Below, in pieces: positions 62,971-64,000 of a DNA stretch of 64,000 nt. Position numbers and translations under genes: made by a program. Numbering within the stretch: the first letter of the stretch is position 1; every line of letters starts with the position of its first letter. The stretch lies in the IMG/VR virus record IMGVR_UViG_3300042010_000106, positions 186,001-250,000 of that record. One strand, given 5' to 3'. The notes under the pieces are model-generated. The model was not told the DNA's origin, did no database searches, and was given only the letters and a program-made list of their open reading frames with translations.

Positions 62971-63398
62971 TGCTTGGTCGCCTTTGGTTTGCGTGCACGG
63001 GGCTTGCTCGGTTTCTTTGCAGCCATACCGCCGACATCCAAAGACGCGGCCACTTCAGCCTTCGCTGCTGCTTTTACTTTGGGAGACTTGCGTTTCTTTT
63101 TGACCTTAACCGCAGGCATTTCGCTTTCGAGTTGGGTCAAACCAATCTTGAACATTTCCGAATGGTTAGCACCTGCGTCCGAAGCCACACGGATAATTCC
63201 GCTTTCTGTTTTCTCAATGATCAGGAACGTTCCCGATTGCGGATGTTTGACGACCGTTGTGTATGTGGTGCCGTCTTTGTGTGTATTGCTGCGATGAAAA
63301 GTATCATCGTGGCGGGTGTGTGGGTGTGAATAGAAGCTGCCAACAATGGCGTGCATCACTTCGCGAGTGTTCAACTTGCCAATCAATTGCGTAAGCAT
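62967..63398 (-). CDS. hypothetical protein with K-rich C-terminal tail
   Basis: 143 aa; AGGAGG RBS. Confidence 0.65.
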   Translation of the reverse strand: MLTQLIGKLNTREVMHAIVGSFYSHPHTRHDDTFHRSNTHKDGTTYTTVVKHPQSGTFLIIEKTESGIIRVASDAGANHSEMFKIGLTQLESEMPAVKVKKKRKSPKVKAAAKAEVAASLDVGGMAAKKPSKPRARKPKATKQ

Positions 63399-63451
63399 AA
63401 AGAATTCCTCCTTTCGTATAGGAGTTATTTACAGTTTTTCGGCCCTATATG

Positions 63452-63485
63452 AAAAAGCCCCCGAATCCATTAAGGAAACGAGGGC
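63452..63485 (-). terminator. rho-independent terminator
   Basis: GCCCTCG...CGGGGGC then TTTTT after stop of 63490..63960. Confidence 0.55.
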
Positions 63486-63489
63486 CATT

Positions 63490-63960
63490 TTATTTCAGGT
63501 ATTCCATCCAATTCTCGAAATACTTCGTCAACTGGTCACTGCGTTTGTGTGTACGCTTGTGGGCGTGCAGGAAATCCCTTTGGTTTTGTTTCTTGTCTGC
63601 AATGAGCATGAACCGCAAATCCTCAAGAAGAGGGCCAACGGCTTCACTGATTTCGTCCTGCGTCCAACTGTCTGTGTGTGGTTTGCACAGATAAGCATTT
63701 GCCGCACGGCGGTAATCCAAAGCCAACACCAATGCAGCAGAGTTAACCTTTGGATCGTTCCCGATTTTGTCGATGAACATTGTGTATTCTGCGTCACCCT
63801 GCAAAAGCGGATGCAAACAGAATGCAGCTTTCACATAATCTTTTGCACCGAGTTCCGTAAGGATTTCAATGCCTTCGTCAATGTGATTCATCAACGGGAT
63901 TCCGCTGCGTCTTGCACAGCGGTCGCCGTAGTATTCTGAAATCAGTTGATGCTCATACAT
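63490..63960 (-). CDS. HD-domain-like (RelA/SpoT hydrolase-like) protein
   Basis: YGDRCARRSGIPLMNHIDEG..IL..KAAFCLHP; HP in place of HD. Confidence 0.5.
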   Translation of the reverse strand: MYEHQLISEYYGDRCARRSGIPLMNHIDEGIEILTELGAKDYVKAAFCLHPLLQGDAEYTMFIDKIGNDPKVNSAALVLALDYRRAANAYLCKPHTDSWTQDEISEAVGPLLEDLRFMLIADKKQNQRDFLHAHKRTHKRSDQLTKYFENWMEYLK

Positions 63961-64000
63961 GACAGTGCCCTTAGTTGCAGCGTTCCGGCAGCAACGTTTC

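Noticed and set aside
1-64000. Phage-nucleus system (chimallin, PhuZ) or multisubunit phage RNAP
   Set aside because: No tubulin signature or RNAP beta/beta' motifs recognised in this window; sigma-like genes point to use of host core RNAP. The rest of the genome is unseen

Overview
The window is 64 kb from a large tailed-phage (jumbo myovirus-like) genome. Essentially all genes are on the minus strand; the long plus-strand ORFs are antisense shadows. The host is probably Pseudomonas, because the ribonucleotide reductase beta subunit closely resembles Pseudomonas NrdB (recalled, not searched). The overall gene content is reminiscent of Lu11/PaBG-type phages (inference). Layout: (i) 1-11.8 kb is a cluster of otherwise unrelated proteins (two large paralogs, a GNAT, two ADP-ribosyltransferase-like proteins, a type IB topoisomerase) that nearly all begin with the same short N-terminal peptide. 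(ii) 11.7-25.4 kb holds Tmk, MmcB, SprT, tail/baseplate genes, a probable portal, a KTSC protein and a large terminase with two inteins. (iii) 25-45 kb holds DnaB, two sigma-like proteins, HNH, RecA, a gp32-like SSB, a Tad2-like protein and small paralog families. (iv) 44-54 kb is a block of extreme low-complexity charged proteins (histone-like K/A-rich proteins, a protein with 104 consecutive D/E), a degenerate ligase-like protein and a structured ~230-nt leader RNA. (v) 54-64 kb holds a 5'-3' exonuclease, NrdB, topoisomerase II A/B subunits and an HD-like protein. Strongest leads: a shared N-terminal tag on 13 proteins (candidate capsid-targeting signal); lysine-rich tails on replication enzymes alongside polyacidic proteins (candidate condensate or replication-compartment system); an oriented 10-mer AAACTGTAAA present at least 15 times; and a candidate structured ncRNA. 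I recognised no tRNA, rRNA or CRISPR array. All family assignments are by eye from motifs; no database search was run.
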